Origin: Pseudodesulfovibrio mercurii
GTDB lineage: Bacteria; Desulfobacterota; Desulfovibrionia; Desulfovibrionales; Desulfovibrionaceae
Assembly (NCBI RefSeq): GCF_000189295.2
Contig: NC_016803.1
Coordinates: 3,330,001 to 3,362,000 of the forward strand
DNA length: 32,000 nt
Reading direction: 5' to 3'
In this document: positions 7,270 to 16,288 of the stretch, in pieces
Position numbering within the stretch: the first letter of the stretch is position 1
Layout: each line of letters begins with the position of its first letter
Translations under genes and position numbers: made by a program
The notes under the pieces: model-generated
What the model saw: the letters and a program-made list of their open reading frames with translations, nothing else
Database searches by the model: none
What the model was told of the DNA's origin: nothing

Positions 7270-7394
7270 CTTTTCCTATGGACAATTGTTTACTAGGCTA
7301 AGGGTAAGTGCAAACGCACTGGTTTTCGGTTGGAGGTGAACCGTCTGCCAGGTGCCTGCTGTACTCGTTCTTCATCTTCTGAAACGAGGTCTTC

Positions 7395-9296
7395 ATGTCA
7401 AATCTGTTAGTGCTTCTCATCCTGCTGCCGGTGGCGGCGGCGGTGGTCTGCTATTTCGTCCGGTCCGAGGCCGTGCGGAAGCTGACCGTGCTCGCCACCG
7501 GAGGCATCCTGACGCTTGCGGCGTTGGGGCTGCTCGCGCAGGGGACGTTTGCGCCGATCGAGGTCGGCTCATTCCTGGGCATCGGCAGCGATTTCCTGGT
7601 CACGGTCCTGGATTTCGCCCTGCTGGGTGTCATCTACTTCTACGGTTACAAACACAAGAGCGTGCTCATCCAGGGGTTCACCCTGGCCCAGGTGGTGCTG
7701 CTCGCCTGGTTCGAGTCGGTCATGGTCGGCCATGAGGCGGTCCCGGCCCTGGCAGGGGACCAGCTTTCCCTGATCATGGTCCTGGTCATCTCCATCGTCG
7801 GCTCGATCATCTGCATCTTCGCCATTCCCTACATGAAGGAACACGAGGCGCACCTGCACCTCAAGAAGTCGCGCCAGCCGAGGTTCTTCTTCTACATGGT
7901 CCTGTTCCTGGGGGCCATGAACGGCCTGGTCCTGTCCAACAACATCCTGTGGATGTACTTCTTCTTCGAAGTGACGACCTTCTGTTCGTTCATGCTCATC
8001 GGCCACGACGCCACCGAGATCGCCACGAGGAACGCGGTCCGCGCCCTGTGGATGAACGCCCTGGGCGGGCTGGCCTTCGTCATCGGCATGATGCTGGTCT
8101 ACGGCAAGGCCGGGACCCTGAACATCAGCGCCATGCTGGCGCTGGGTTCCACCGACGCGGCCCTGCTCACCGGGCTGGCCTTCCTCTGCCTGGCCGGGTT
8201 CACCAAGGCCGCCCAGGTCCCGTTCCAGTCCTGGCTGCTCGGGGCCATGGTCGCCCCGACCCCGGTCTCCGCGCTGCTGCATTCCTCGACCATGGTCAAG
8301 GCGGGCGTGTTCGTGGTCCTCAGGTTCGCCCCGATGTTCGCGGGCACCTTCCTGTCCACGGGCGTGGCCGTTTGCGGCGCGTTCACCTTCCTGGCCTGCT
8401 CCGCCCTCGGCGTGGGACAGTCCAACGGCAAGAAGATCCTGGCCTACTCCACGGTGGCCAACCTCGGCCTGATCATCTGCTGCGCGGGCATCAACACCCC
8501 GCTGGCCCTGACCGCGGCCCTGATCCTCATCCTCTTCCACGCCATCTCCAAGTCCCTGCTCTTCCTGTGCGTCGGCACCATCGAGCAGGCCATCGGCTCC
8601 AGGGACATCGAGGACATGCGCGGCCTGTACGGCACCAACCCCCGCACGGCGCTGATCACCATCATCGGCATCCTGACCATGATGCTGCCGCCGTTCGGCG
8701 TGCTGCTCGGCAAGTGGATGGCCATCGAGGCCTCGGCCGACAGCAACATCTTCATCGTCATCATGCTCGCCCTGGGCTCGGCCCTGATGGTCGTGTACCT
8801 GGCCCGCTGGGCCGGTTCCATGATGGGCACCCGCGAGCCGGGGGCCAAGACCGAGTCCCAGCCCCTGCTGACCCGGCTGCCGCTCCTGACCCTGTGCCTG
8901 GGCGCGGTGGTCCTGTCCCTGGCCTCGCCGTGGATCTACAACTCCCTGCTGGCCCCCTGGATCGGATCCGCGCCGTTCGTGGTCGGTTTCGGCTCCCTGG
9001 AATCGGCCCACGGCACCTTCGTGGTCGTGCCGCTGTTCCTGGCCCTGGGCCTGGGGCTGCTCTACGCGGTCAAGGCCGCCTCGGGCTACCGCCACGTGAA
9101 GATCATGCCGCCCTACCTGAGCGGGGTGAACTCCCCCTCGGCGGACGGCACCTACGTCGGTCCCATGAACGGCGACGTGCCGTTCTCCTCCGGCAACCTG
9201 TACCTGGGCGAGCTGTTCGCTGAAGCCAAGCTCACGCCCATCTTCAACGCACTGGCGGTCGCGCTGATCGTCCTCATGCTGGGAGGGGCGCTCTGA
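7395..9296 (+). CDS. echA: Ech hydrogenase subunit A (NuoL/HyfB-like antiporter-type membrane subunit)
   Basis: 633-aa polytopic protein with the antiporter-subunit signature PFQSWLLGAMVAPTPVSALLHSSTMVKAGVF. It is the first gene of a six-gene cluster whose order and sizes match echABCDEF. A GAGG SD precedes the ATG. Confidence 0.85.
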   Translation: MSNLLVLLILLPVAAAVVCYFVRSEAVRKLTVLATGGILTLAALGLLAQGTFAPIEVGSFLGIGSDFLVTVLDFALLGVIYFYGYKHKSVLIQGFTLAQVVLLAWFESVMVGHEAVPALAGDQLSLIMVLVISIVGSIICIFAIPYMKEHEAHLHLKKSRQPRFFFYMVLFLGAMNGLVLSNNILWMYFFFEVTTFCSFMLIGHDATEIATRNAVRALWMNALGGLAFVIGMMLVYGKAGTLNISAMLALGSTDAALLTGLAFLCLAGFTKAAQVPFQSWLLGAMVAPTPVSALLHSSTMVKAGVFVVLRFAPMFAGTFLSTGVAVCGAFTFLACSALGVGQSNGKKILAYSTVANLGLIICCAGINTPLALTAALILILFHAISKSLLFLCVGTIEQAIGSRDIEDMRGLYGTNPRTALITIIGILTMMLPPFGVLLGKWMAIEASADSNIFIVIMLALGSALMVVYLARWAGSMMGTREPGAKTESQPLLTRLPLLTLCLGAVVLSLASPWIYNSLLAPWIGSAPFVVGFGSLESAHGTFVVVPLFLALGLGLLYAVKAASGYRHVKIMPPYLSGVNSPSADGTYVGPMNGDVPFSSGNLYLGELFAEAKLTPIFNALAVALIVLMLGGAL

Positions 9297-10144
9297 TGCA
9301 AACACTCATTCTCGTCATCATCGGACTCGTGTGCGCGCCGCTGCTCGGCGGCCTGATCGCCGGTCTGGACCGTCGGATCACCGCCTGGCTCCAGTCCCGG
9401 CAGGGTCCTCCGATCACGCAGGCCTTCTATGACGTGGCCAAGCTCTTCGGCAAGGAGAAGATGGTCGTCAACCAGTGGCAGATTCTCTGCGCCTGGGTGT
9501 ACCTCATCGGCGCGGCCGTGTCCGTGGCCCTGTTCTTCGCCCAGGGCGACCTGCTGCTGATCTTCTTCGTGCAGGCCATCGGCTCGGTCTTCCTGGTCAT
9601 GGGCGCCCTGTCGGCCAAGTCCCCGTACTCGCAGGTGGGCGCGCAGCGCGAGCTGATGCAGATGCTGGCCTACGAGCCGGTGCTCGTCCTGGTCTTCGTC
9701 GGCTTCTACATGGTCACCGGCAGCTTCTCCATCCAGTCCGTCTGGGCCATGGACACGCCGCTTCTGGCCAAGATGCCGCTGCTGTACCTGGCGCTCGGCT
9801 TCGCCCTGACCATCAAGCTCATGAAGTCGCCGTTCGACTTCGCCACCTCCCACCACGGCCATCAGGAACTGGTCAAGGGCGTGCTCACCGAGTACTCCGG
9901 CCCCTACCTCGGCCTGATCGAGGTCGCCCACTGGTACGAGACCATCCTGGTGCTCGGCCTGTGCGCGCTCTTCTGGCACACCAACGTGGCCTGGATGGTC
10001 CTGCTGGTGGCGGCCACCTACCTGCTCGAAATCCTGGTGGACAACACCATGGCCCGCATGACCTGGCGCTGGATGCTCAAGCGCGTCTGGCTGATCGGCA
10101 TGGGACTGGCGGTCGTTAACCTCATCTGGCTGTATGCGGGGTAA
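9296..10144 (+). CDS. echB: Ech hydrogenase subunit B (NuoH/HycD-like membrane subunit)
   Basis: 282 aa and polytopic. N-terminal DRRITAWLQSRQGPP motif typical of NuoH/HycD. The ATG overlaps the echA TGA by 1 nt. Confidence 0.85.
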   Translation: MQTLILVIIGLVCAPLLGGLIAGLDRRITAWLQSRQGPPITQAFYDVAKLFGKEKMVVNQWQILCAWVYLIGAAVSVALFFAQGDLLLIFFVQAIGSVFLVMGALSAKSPYSQVGAQRELMQMLAYEPVLVLVFVGFYMVTGSFSIQSVWAMDTPLLAKMPLLYLALGFALTIKLMKSPFDFATSHHGHQELVKGVLTEYSGPYLGLIEVAHWYETILVLGLCALFWHTNVAWMVLLVAATYLLEILVDNTMARMTWRWMLKRVWLIGMGLAVVNLIWLYAG

Positions 10145-10147
10145 ATC

Positions 10148-10591
10148 ATGTTCGGATCATTCATCAAGAAATCTCGCGCCAAGTCACCGTGGATCATGCA
10201 TTTCGACTGCGGTAGCTGCAACGGCTGCGATATCGAGGTTCTGGCCTGCCTGACCCCCCTGTACGACGTGGAGCGGTTCGGCATCGTCCATGTGGGCAAC
10301 CCGAAGCACGCCGACGTCCTCCTGGTCACCGGCACGGTCAACCACCGGAACAAGAAGGTGCTCAAGAACCTGTACGACCAGATGCCCGAGCCCAAGGCGG
10401 TCATCGCCATCGGCTCCTGCGGCAACACCGGCGGAATCTTCCGCGAGGCCTACAACGTCGTGGGCGGCGTGGACAAGGTCATCCCCGTGGACGTCTACGT
10501 CCCCGGCTGTCCGGCCAAGCCCGAGGCCATCATCGACGGCGTCGTGGCCGGACTGGCCAAGTTCGCCCAGAAAGTGGAAGAAGCCAAGTAG
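10148..10591 (+). CDS. echC: Ech hydrogenase small subunit (NuoB-like, proximal [4Fe-4S])
   Basis: 147 aa. Cys ligand pattern CGSCNGC ... GSCG ... VPGCPAKPE, typical of NuoB and group 4 hydrogenase small subunits. Confidence 0.9.
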   Translation: MFGSFIKKSRAKSPWIMHFDCGSCNGCDIEVLACLTPLYDVERFGIVHVGNPKHADVLLVTGTVNHRNKKVLKNLYDQMPEPKAVIAIGSCGNTGGIFREAYNVVGGVDKVIPVDVYVPGCPAKPEAIIDGVVAGLAKFAQKVEEAK

Positions 10592-10609
10592 CTTCACGCG
10601 AGGTAAACA

Positions 10610-10978
10610 ATGCAAGGCAAGATAATCGACGTGACCCTCGACAACGTGGTCGGCGAGGTCATGAACATGAAGAACGACGGGCAGAGGCTGGTCACCTTCT
10701 CCACCTACCGGGCGGGGGAGGAGCAGATCGGCATCCTCTACCACTTCGACAAGAACCTGGAAACCACCCACCTGCGGCTTGTCGCCGACATGGACAAGCC
10801 CATCCCGAGCGTGTCCGGCGTCTACTTCGCCGCCCTGCTGGTGGAAAACGAAATACGCGACCAGTGGAACGTCAAGTTCGACGGCCTGGTCCTCGACTTC
10901 AACCGCACGCTCCTGCTTGACCCGGAGGTGACCCAGGTTCCCCTGGCCTCCAACGTCAAGATCGGGCCCAAGGCATAG
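10610..10978 (+). CDS. echD: Ech hydrogenase subunit D (short NuoC-like subunit)
   Basis: 122 aa. ENEIRDQWNVKFDG resembles the NuoC E-x-E-x-x-D-x-x-G-x-x-F signature. It sits between the small and large subunits, as in ech operons. Confidence 0.75.
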   Translation: MQGKIIDVTLDNVVGEVMNMKNDGQRLVTFSTYRAGEEQIGILYHFDKNLETTHLRLVADMDKPIPSVSGVYFAALLVENEIRDQWNVKFDGLVLDFNRTLLLDPEVTQVPLASNVKIGPKA

Positions 10979-10987
10979 GGGGCTGAA

Positions 10988-12067
10988 ATGGCAACTACCG
11001 TAATTCCCTTCGGCCCGCAGCATCCCGTCCTGCCCGAACCGGTCCACCTGACCCTCAAGGTCGAGGACGAGATCGTCAAGGAGGCCATCCCGGCCCTGGG
11101 CTACGTCCATCGCGGCCTGGAAAAACTGTGCGAAATCCGCGACTTCAACCAGATGATCAACGTCTGCGAGCGTGTCTGCGGCATCTGCTCCATGATCCAC
11201 GGCACCTGCTACTCCGAGTGCATCGAGGAGCTCATGGGCATCGAGGTCACGGACCGGGCCAAGCTGCTGCGCGTTATCTGGAGCGAGCTGCACCGTGCCC
11301 ACTCCCACCTGCTCTGGCTGGGCCTGTTCGCCGACGCCTTCGGCTTCGAGGCCCTGTTCATGCAGTTCTGGAAGATCCGCGAGCGGATCATGGACATCAA
11401 CGAGGCCACCACCGGCTCGCGCGTCATCGTGTCCGTCAACGTCATCGGCGGCGTGCGCACCGACCTCTCCCCGGAGCAGATCCGCTGGATACTGTCCGAG
11501 ATCGACATCGTGGAGAAGGAGGTCAAGGCCATCCAGGACACCCTGATGAACGAGTACACGGTCAGGGCCCGCACCGTGGGCATCGGCGTGATGACCAAGG
11601 AGCAGGCCTGGGAGCTGGGCGCTGCCGGACCGACACTGCGCGGCTCGGGCGTGGCCCAGGACATGCGCATGCTCGGCTACGGCGGCTACTCGTTCCTGGA
11701 CTTCGAACCCGTGGTCGAGACCTCGGGCGACAGCTGGGCGCGCGGCATGGTCCGCTTCCGCGAAGTGCTCCAGTCCATCGACCTGGTCCGCCAGGCCATC
11801 GCCAAGCTGCCCGAGGGCGAGCTGGCCGTGAAGGTCAAGGGCAACCCGCCCGAGGGCGAGGTCTACCACCGGGTGGAGCAGCCGCGCGGCGAGTGCGTCT
11901 ACTACATCCGGGGCAACGGCACAAAGAACCTGGACCGGCTGCGCATCCGCACGCCCACGTTCGCCAACATCCCGCCGCTCCTGGCCATGCTGCCGGAGTG
12001 CGAGCTGGCCGACGTGCCGGTCATCGTGCTGTCCATCGACCCGTGCATCAGCTGCACCGAACGCTAG
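10988..12067 (+). CDS. echE: Ech [NiFe] hydrogenase large subunit (NuoD-like)
   Basis: 359 aa. N-terminal Ni-Fe ligand motif RVCGICSMIH (RxCGxCxxxH) and C-terminal DPCISCTER (DPCxxC). The protein ends directly after that Arg. Confidence 0.92.
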   Translation: MATTVIPFGPQHPVLPEPVHLTLKVEDEIVKEAIPALGYVHRGLEKLCEIRDFNQMINVCERVCGICSMIHGTCYSECIEELMGIEVTDRAKLLRVIWSELHRAHSHLLWLGLFADAFGFEALFMQFWKIRERIMDINEATTGSRVIVSVNVIGGVRTDLSPEQIRWILSEIDIVEKEVKAIQDTLMNEYTVRARTVGIGVMTKEQAWELGAAGPTLRGSGVAQDMRMLGYGGYSFLDFEPVVETSGDSWARGMVRFREVLQSIDLVRQAIAKLPEGELAVKVKGNPPEGEVYHRVEQPRGECVYYIRGNGTKNLDRLRIRTPTFANIPPLLAMLPECELADVPVIVLSIDPCISCTER

Positions 12068-12076
12068 GAGGACCGC

Positions 12077-12577
12077 ATGCAGTTCACATCCACCGTCATC
12101 AAGAACCTGCTCAGGAAGCCCGCCACCCGCAAGTATCCCTACGAGGTGCGCGATCCGTTCCCCAACTACCGGGGCGAGCTGGTCATCGACATCAACAAGT
12201 GCATCTTCTGCGGCACCTGCTCGCGCAAATGCCCCAGCCAGTGCATCACCGTGGACAAGGACGCCGGCACCTGGCAGTGCGACCCCTATGCCTGCGTGTA
12301 CTGCGGCATCTGCCGCGACAGCTGCCCGACCAAGAGCCTGTCAATGAAGGACGTCCACCGCAAGCCGGTGACCGAGAAGGCCGTCTGGATCGAACAGGGC
12401 ACCCCGCTCAAGCCCAAGCGGGCGGCCGCCTCCAAGGCCGAGCCCAAGGCCAAGCCCGAAGCCAAGCCCGAAGCCAAGCCTGAAGCCAAAGCCGAGGCCA
12501 AGCCTGAAGCCAAAGCCGAAGCCAAGGCCAAGGCCGAGCCCAAGGCCGAGAAAAAGGCCAAGAAGGACGACAAATAG
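12077..12577 (+). CDS. echF: Ech hydrogenase 2x[4Fe-4S] ferredoxin-like subunit (NuoI-like) with a K/A/P/E-rich repeat tail
   Basis: CIFCGTCSRKCP and CVYCGICRDSCP motifs lie within residues 42-84. Residues ~110-166 are low complexity (AEPKAKPEAKPEAKPEAKAEAKPEAKAEAKAKAEPKAEKKAKKDDK). Confidence 0.88.
   Translation: MQFTSTVIKNLLRKPATRKYPYEVRDPFPNYRGELVIDINKCIFCGTCSRKCPSQCITVDKDAGTWQCDPYACVYCGICRDSCPTKSLSMKDVHRKPVTEKAVWIEQGTPLKPKRAAASKAEPKAKPEAKPEAKPEAKAEAKPEAKAEAKAKAEPKAEKKAKKDDK
12434..12550 (+). repeat. In-frame 12-nt tandem repeat (about nine units of gccaagcccgaa and variants) encoding (AKPE/AKAE)n
   Basis: Units at 12449, 12461, 12473, 12485, 12497, 12509, 12521 and 12533. The first two are identical and the rest differ at 1-4 positions. 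Confidence 0.85.
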
Positions 12578-12600
12578 CCGTCCCGGCACCATGAACAACA

Positions 12601-12637
12601 AAGCCCCCGCACATTCCATGCGGGGGCTTTTCTTTCG
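12601..12637. terminator. Intrinsic terminator after echF, possibly shared with the convergent FmdE operon
   Basis: Stem aagcccccgca / tgcgggggctt (11 bp), a 7-nt loop, then ttttctttc on the + strand. An A-rich stretch (acaacaaa) precedes it, so it may act in both directions. Confidence 0.7.
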
Positions 12638-12742
12638 CTCGATGTATTCGGCAAGGGACACATTCCGTCGCAACGGCCGGGCTCCCGCACCCCGCGCGGC
12701 GGCGCCGAAAAGTCCGGAAGGAAGTCCGAAGGAATTCCTTCC

Positions 12743-13282
12743 TTACAGCTTCTGGTCGATCTCCGCGAAGCAGGGGATGCAGTAGGTCTTTCCGGCGAAG
12801 CGGCGGGTGCGCGATTCCATGGTCATCTCGCCGCACCGGGCGCAGGGCAGGCTTTCGAGAACGGCGGCGGGCCTGGGGGGCGGGCAGGTGGCCTGGGTGA
12901 CGGTGAACATGTCGTCCAGGTCGAGGTCCATGAAATGGCGGATGGCGGCCAGGCGGTCGTCGCCCGGCAGGGGCTGGCCGGTCTCCCGGAGCAGGGCGCG
13001 GAAGCCCCGGCCGGTTTTCCGGTCGAAGAAGGAGAAGGCCTTCTTGCCGTAGTCGCGGTGGATGAAGTTGCCCTTGCCGAAGGTGCAGTCCGTCAGGAAC
13101 TGGATGGCGTCCACGCCGCACATGTCGGTCTCGGCCACGGCCACCAGGTCCAGCCCGTCGAGGTCGCCGAGTTCGCGCCGGGCCAGCTCCACGGCGCGGA
13201 TGCCGATGGTCAGGCCGGGGCAGTGGTGGCCGTGGAAGCGGATGGCCGCGTCGATGGTTTCCTGGGGCGTGGTGGAGGACAT
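12743..13282 (-). CDS. FmdE-domain protein with C-terminal zinc ribbon
   Basis: FHGHHCPGLTIGIRA signature of the FmdE family. C-terminal CARCGE...CIPC. It is the last gene of the ABC transporter operon. Confidence 0.8.
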   Translation of the reverse strand: MSSTTPQETIDAAIRFHGHHCPGLTIGIRAVELARRELGDLDGLDLVAVAETDMCGVDAIQFLTDCTFGKGNFIHRDYGKKAFSFFDRKTGRGFRALLRETGQPLPGDDRLAAIRHFMDLDLDDMFTVTQATCPPPRPAAVLESLPCARCGEMTMESRTRRFAGKTYCIPCFAEIDQKL

Positions 13283-13333
13283 GGCGTGTTTCCTTTGGGT
13301 TGCGATGGGGGGGCTTGAGGTTGGGGGACGGGG

Positions 13334-14089
13334 TCAGGCGGCCGGGACGACCAGCGGGTGGCCCTGGACGGTGTGGATGTTCACGGGCAGCCCGTAGACC
13401 TCCTCGACCACGGCGGAGGTGACCTCGCAGGCCGGACCGGCGGAGTGGATGCGCCCGTCCTTGAGGAACAGGACCTTGTCGGCGTAGCGCAGGGCGGTGT
13501 TCAGGTCGTGCATGGTCATGATCGCCGCGATGCGGTGTTCGTCCACCACCCGGCGGAGCATGGTCAGGATGTCCACCTGGCTCTTGAGGTCCAGGCTGGA
13601 GGTGGGCTCGTCCAGGAGCATGAGGCGCGGCTCCTGGACCAGGGCGCGGGCGATGGCCACCTTTTGCAGCTCCCCGCCCGACAGGCAGTCGATGCAGCGC
13701 AGGGCGAGGTGGGCCATGTGCAGCCGCTTCAGGGCGGCATCGACCATCTTCAGGTCGTCCTCGCCCACGCGCCAGACCATGTGCGGCTTGCGGCCCATGA
13801 GCACGGCGTCGAACACGGTCAGGCGGGCGGTCTCGCTGCGCTGGGCCACGTAGCCGATGCCCAGCGCGATCTCGTGCGGGCGCAGCTTCAGCACGTCGCG
13901 GTCCTCGACCAGGACCTTGCCCGCGCAGGGGGCGTGGATGGCGTTGATGCACTTGAGCAGGGTGGTCTTGCCCACGCCGTTGGGGCCGAGGATGGCCATG
14001 AGCTCCCCGCCGTCCAGGTCGAAGCGCACGTCGCGCAGGACCTTGGAGCCGTTGTAGGCGAAGTCGAGGCCGGTCACGGAGAGGATCAT
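13334..14089 (-). CDS. ABC transporter ATP-binding protein (FecE/FepC/BtuD-like)
   Basis: Starts MILSVTGLDF at ATG 14089, a 4-nt ATGA overlap with the permease stop. Walker A GPNGVGKTT, signature LSGGELQKV, Walker B LMLLDEPTS. The listed 990-aa ORF is a read-through artefact. Confidence 0.9.
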   Translation of the reverse strand: MILSVTGLDFAYNGSKVLRDVRFDLDGGELMAILGPNGVGKTTLLKCINAIHAPCAGKVLVEDRDVLKLRPHEIALGIGYVAQRSETARLTVFDAVLMGRKPHMVWRVGEDDLKMVDAALKRLHMAHLALRCIDCLSGGELQKVAIARALVQEPRLMLLDEPTSSLDLKSQVDILTMLRRVVDEHRIAAIMTMHDLNTALRYADKVLFLKDGRIHSAGPACEVTSAVVEEVYGLPVNIHTVQGHPLVVPAA

Positions 14090-15156
14090 CGCCGCTGCCC
14101 CCGTATGATGAGATAGATGAAGACCGGCGCGCCCAGGAAGGCGGTCAGGACCGAGACCGGCAGCATGTGCGGGGCCAGGACCAGCCGGGCGGCGGTGTCG
14201 GACAGGAGCAGGAGCAGGCCGCCCGCCAGGATGGAGGCGGGCAGCAGGAAGCGGTGGTCCGAGCCGATGACCCGGCGGACCATGTGCGGGACCACCAGGC
14301 CGACGAAGCCGATGATGCCCAGGAAGGCGATGATCGCGGCCGTGAGCAGGGAGGCCAGCAGCATGCCGATCATGCGCACCCGGTCCACGCGCACGCCCAG
14401 CCCCCGGGCGGTCTCGTCGCCCGCGTCGATGGCGTTGTAGTTCCAGGCGTTGGCCAGAAAATAGAGGGAGGTGGCCAGGGTCACGGCGGCCATGACCCCC
14501 AGCTCGGACCAGGAGGCCCTGGCCGTGTCGCCGAAGGTCCAGAAGACCATGGCCGCCAGCTGCACGTCGTCGGCGAAGAATTGCAGGAGCATGGTCCCGG
14601 CGGTGAACAGGGCGTTCAGGGCCACGCCGGCCAGGATCATGACCTCGGGGGAGGAGCCGCGCAGCCGGGACATGGCCACGATGACGGAGGCGGTGCCCAG
14701 GCTGAACAGGAAGGCCACGCCCGTGGTCAGGTAGGGATGGGTGATGTTCACGGCGTCCGCGTTGGTGGAGCCCATGATCCCGCCGCCCAGGATCATGACC
14801 GCGAAGGCCGCGCCGAAGGCCGCCGCGTGGGAGATGCCCAGGGTCAGGGGGGAGCCCAGCGGGTTGCGCAGGACGGACTGCATGACCGCGCCCGCCACGG
14901 CCAGCCCGGCACCGGCCACGATGGAGGCCAGGGCCTGGGGCAGGCGGATGTTCCAGACGATCACGTCGAACCGCTTGGACACGGCCCAGCCCATGAGGGT
15001 TCGGCTCACGCCGGCCACGGGGATGTGCGCCGCGCCGAGGGAGATGGAGACCACCAGGGCCAGGGCGAGGAGCCCGCCGGTCAGGCCGACGGCGGCCAGC
15101 TTGAGCCCGATGTAGCGCCGGTACTCGGCGGGCACCTGTCCGTCGGAGAAGTGCAT
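14086..15156 (-). CDS. FecCD-family ABC permease (iron-chelate / cobalamin-type importer)
   Basis: 356-aa polytopic protein with FecCD/BtuC-like architecture and length. Its start abuts the stop of the binding-protein gene. Confidence 0.85.
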   Translation of the reverse strand: MHFSDGQVPAEYRRYIGLKLAAVGLTGGLLALALVVSISLGAAHIPVAGVSRTLMGWAVSKRFDVIVWNIRLPQALASIVAGAGLAVAGAVMQSVLRNPLGSPLTLGISHAAAFGAAFAVMILGGGIMGSTNADAVNITHPYLTTGVAFLFSLGTASVIVAMSRLRGSSPEVMILAGVALNALFTAGTMLLQFFADDVQLAAMVFWTFGDTARASWSELGVMAAVTLATSLYFLANAWNYNAIDAGDETARGLGVRVDRVRMIGMLLASLLTAAIIAFLGIIGFVGLVVPHMVRRVIGSDHRFLLPASILAGGLLLLLSDTAARLVLAPHMLPVSVLTAFLGAPVFIYLIIRGQRR

Positions 15157-16263
15157 CTACTTCACCGGCACCGGCTGGAAGGCCATGCCCTTGAACAGTT
15201 CGTTCATGTCCTTGAAGACCGGCTTGCCCACCAGGAAGGTGTAGATCTCGTCGGCCTTGGCCGCCGGGTCCACGTCGGCGAAGCGGGTGGGGTAGAGGAC
15301 CTTGCCGATGAAGTAGGCGTCGGCCAGGATGGAGCCGAAGTTCTGGGTGTACCAGTTGTAGGGCAGCACGCCGTAGACGCGGCCCTCCTTGACGGCGGAG
15401 AGCATGCGGTAGGCCGGGTCCGTGCGCAGCTCGAACAGGCCGCCCGCGTCGTCGCCCATCTGGAGGGTGGCCAGGTCCAGGAAGAGCACGTCCGGGTTCC
15501 ACTCGACGATCTTTTCCTTGGCGATGTCCGACTGGGCCAGGCCCTGGCCCGCCTTGCCCGCCTCGTAGGCCAGGTTGACGGCGTTGACGAACTGGAAGGG
15601 CGGGTAGGCGGGCTCCGTGGACTGGAAGCCGTGGGGACCCCGGAAGGCCACGCCGCCCAGGTAGACCGTGGACCGCTCCTGGCCGGGCACGTCGCCCGTG
15701 CGCCGGCCGAGGTCTTCGATGAGCCCCTCCATGTACTTGATGACCGCCTCGGCGCGCTCTTCCCGGCCCAGGACCCTGGCCATGAGGCGCAGGCTCTTGT
15801 ACAGGGCGGGCCGTTTCTCGCCCAGGTTGCCGTAGTCCAGAACCACCACCGGGATGCCGGTCTTGTCCTGGAGTTCGCGGGGGTCGTAGCCCATGGACGA
15901 GGTGTAGGTCTTGAAGATGACCTGGGGCTGGGGCTCCAGGGTCAGGATCAACTCGGGGTTGTCGTGGCCCCGGAACTCCCCGAAGATGGGCATCTTTCTG
16001 AACTGGGGGTTGGCCAGGGCGTATGGCCGGGCGTCGAACTTCCGGCGGCGCGTCTCGATGTCGTCCACGGCCACGATGCGGTCCTGGGCCCCGAGGTAGG
16101 TCAGCAGCCGCAGGCAGCCGGAACCGGAACAGATGACGTGGTCGATCCTGTCCGGGAGGTCGTTGGTCCGGCCCACGCAGTCGGTCAGGGTGCGGGCCGC
16201 GCCCGTGGACGGTGCGGCCAGGACGAGCAGGAGAATGGCGCAGATGAGATGAAGTTTTTTCAT
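15157..16263 (-). CDS. Periplasmic substrate-binding protein of FecB/BtuF-type (cluster A) ABC importer
   Basis: Signal peptide MKKLHLICAILLLVLAAPSTGA. The block RIVAVDD...PELILTLEPQPQVIF is typical of class III periplasmic binding proteins. First gene of the operon. Confidence 0.8.
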   Translation of the reverse strand: MKKLHLICAILLLVLAAPSTGAARTLTDCVGRTNDLPDRIDHVICSGSGCLRLLTYLGAQDRIVAVDDIETRRRKFDARPYALANPQFRKMPIFGEFRGHDNPELILTLEPQPQVIFKTYTSSMGYDPRELQDKTGIPVVVLDYGNLGEKRPALYKSLRLMARVLGREERAEAVIKYMEGLIEDLGRRTGDVPGQERSTVYLGGVAFRGPHGFQSTEPAYPPFQFVNAVNLAYEAGKAGQGLAQSDIAKEKIVEWNPDVLFLDLATLQMGDDAGGLFELRTDPAYRMLSAVKEGRVYGVLPYNWYTQNFGSILADAYFIGKVLYPTRFADVDPAAKADEIYTFLVGKPVFKDMNELFKGMAFQPVPVK

Positions 16264-16288
16264 TTAGACACCTTGTAGAGCATACAAA

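Noticed and set aside
7238-7339. 33-codon upstream ORF (MSSLGLDLGVNFSYGQLFTRLRVSANALVFGWR) in the ech leader.
   Set aside because: It is AT-rich with A/T-biased third positions, unlike the coding genes in the window. It has no convincing SD and spans the candidate operator palindrome. It is more likely non-coding regulatory DNA.
12434-12550. Tandem 12-nt repeats as a CRISPR-like or non-coding VNTR array.
   Set aside because: The units are contiguous with no spacers, in frame, and inside echF, where they encode the AKPE tail. There are no cas genes or leader.
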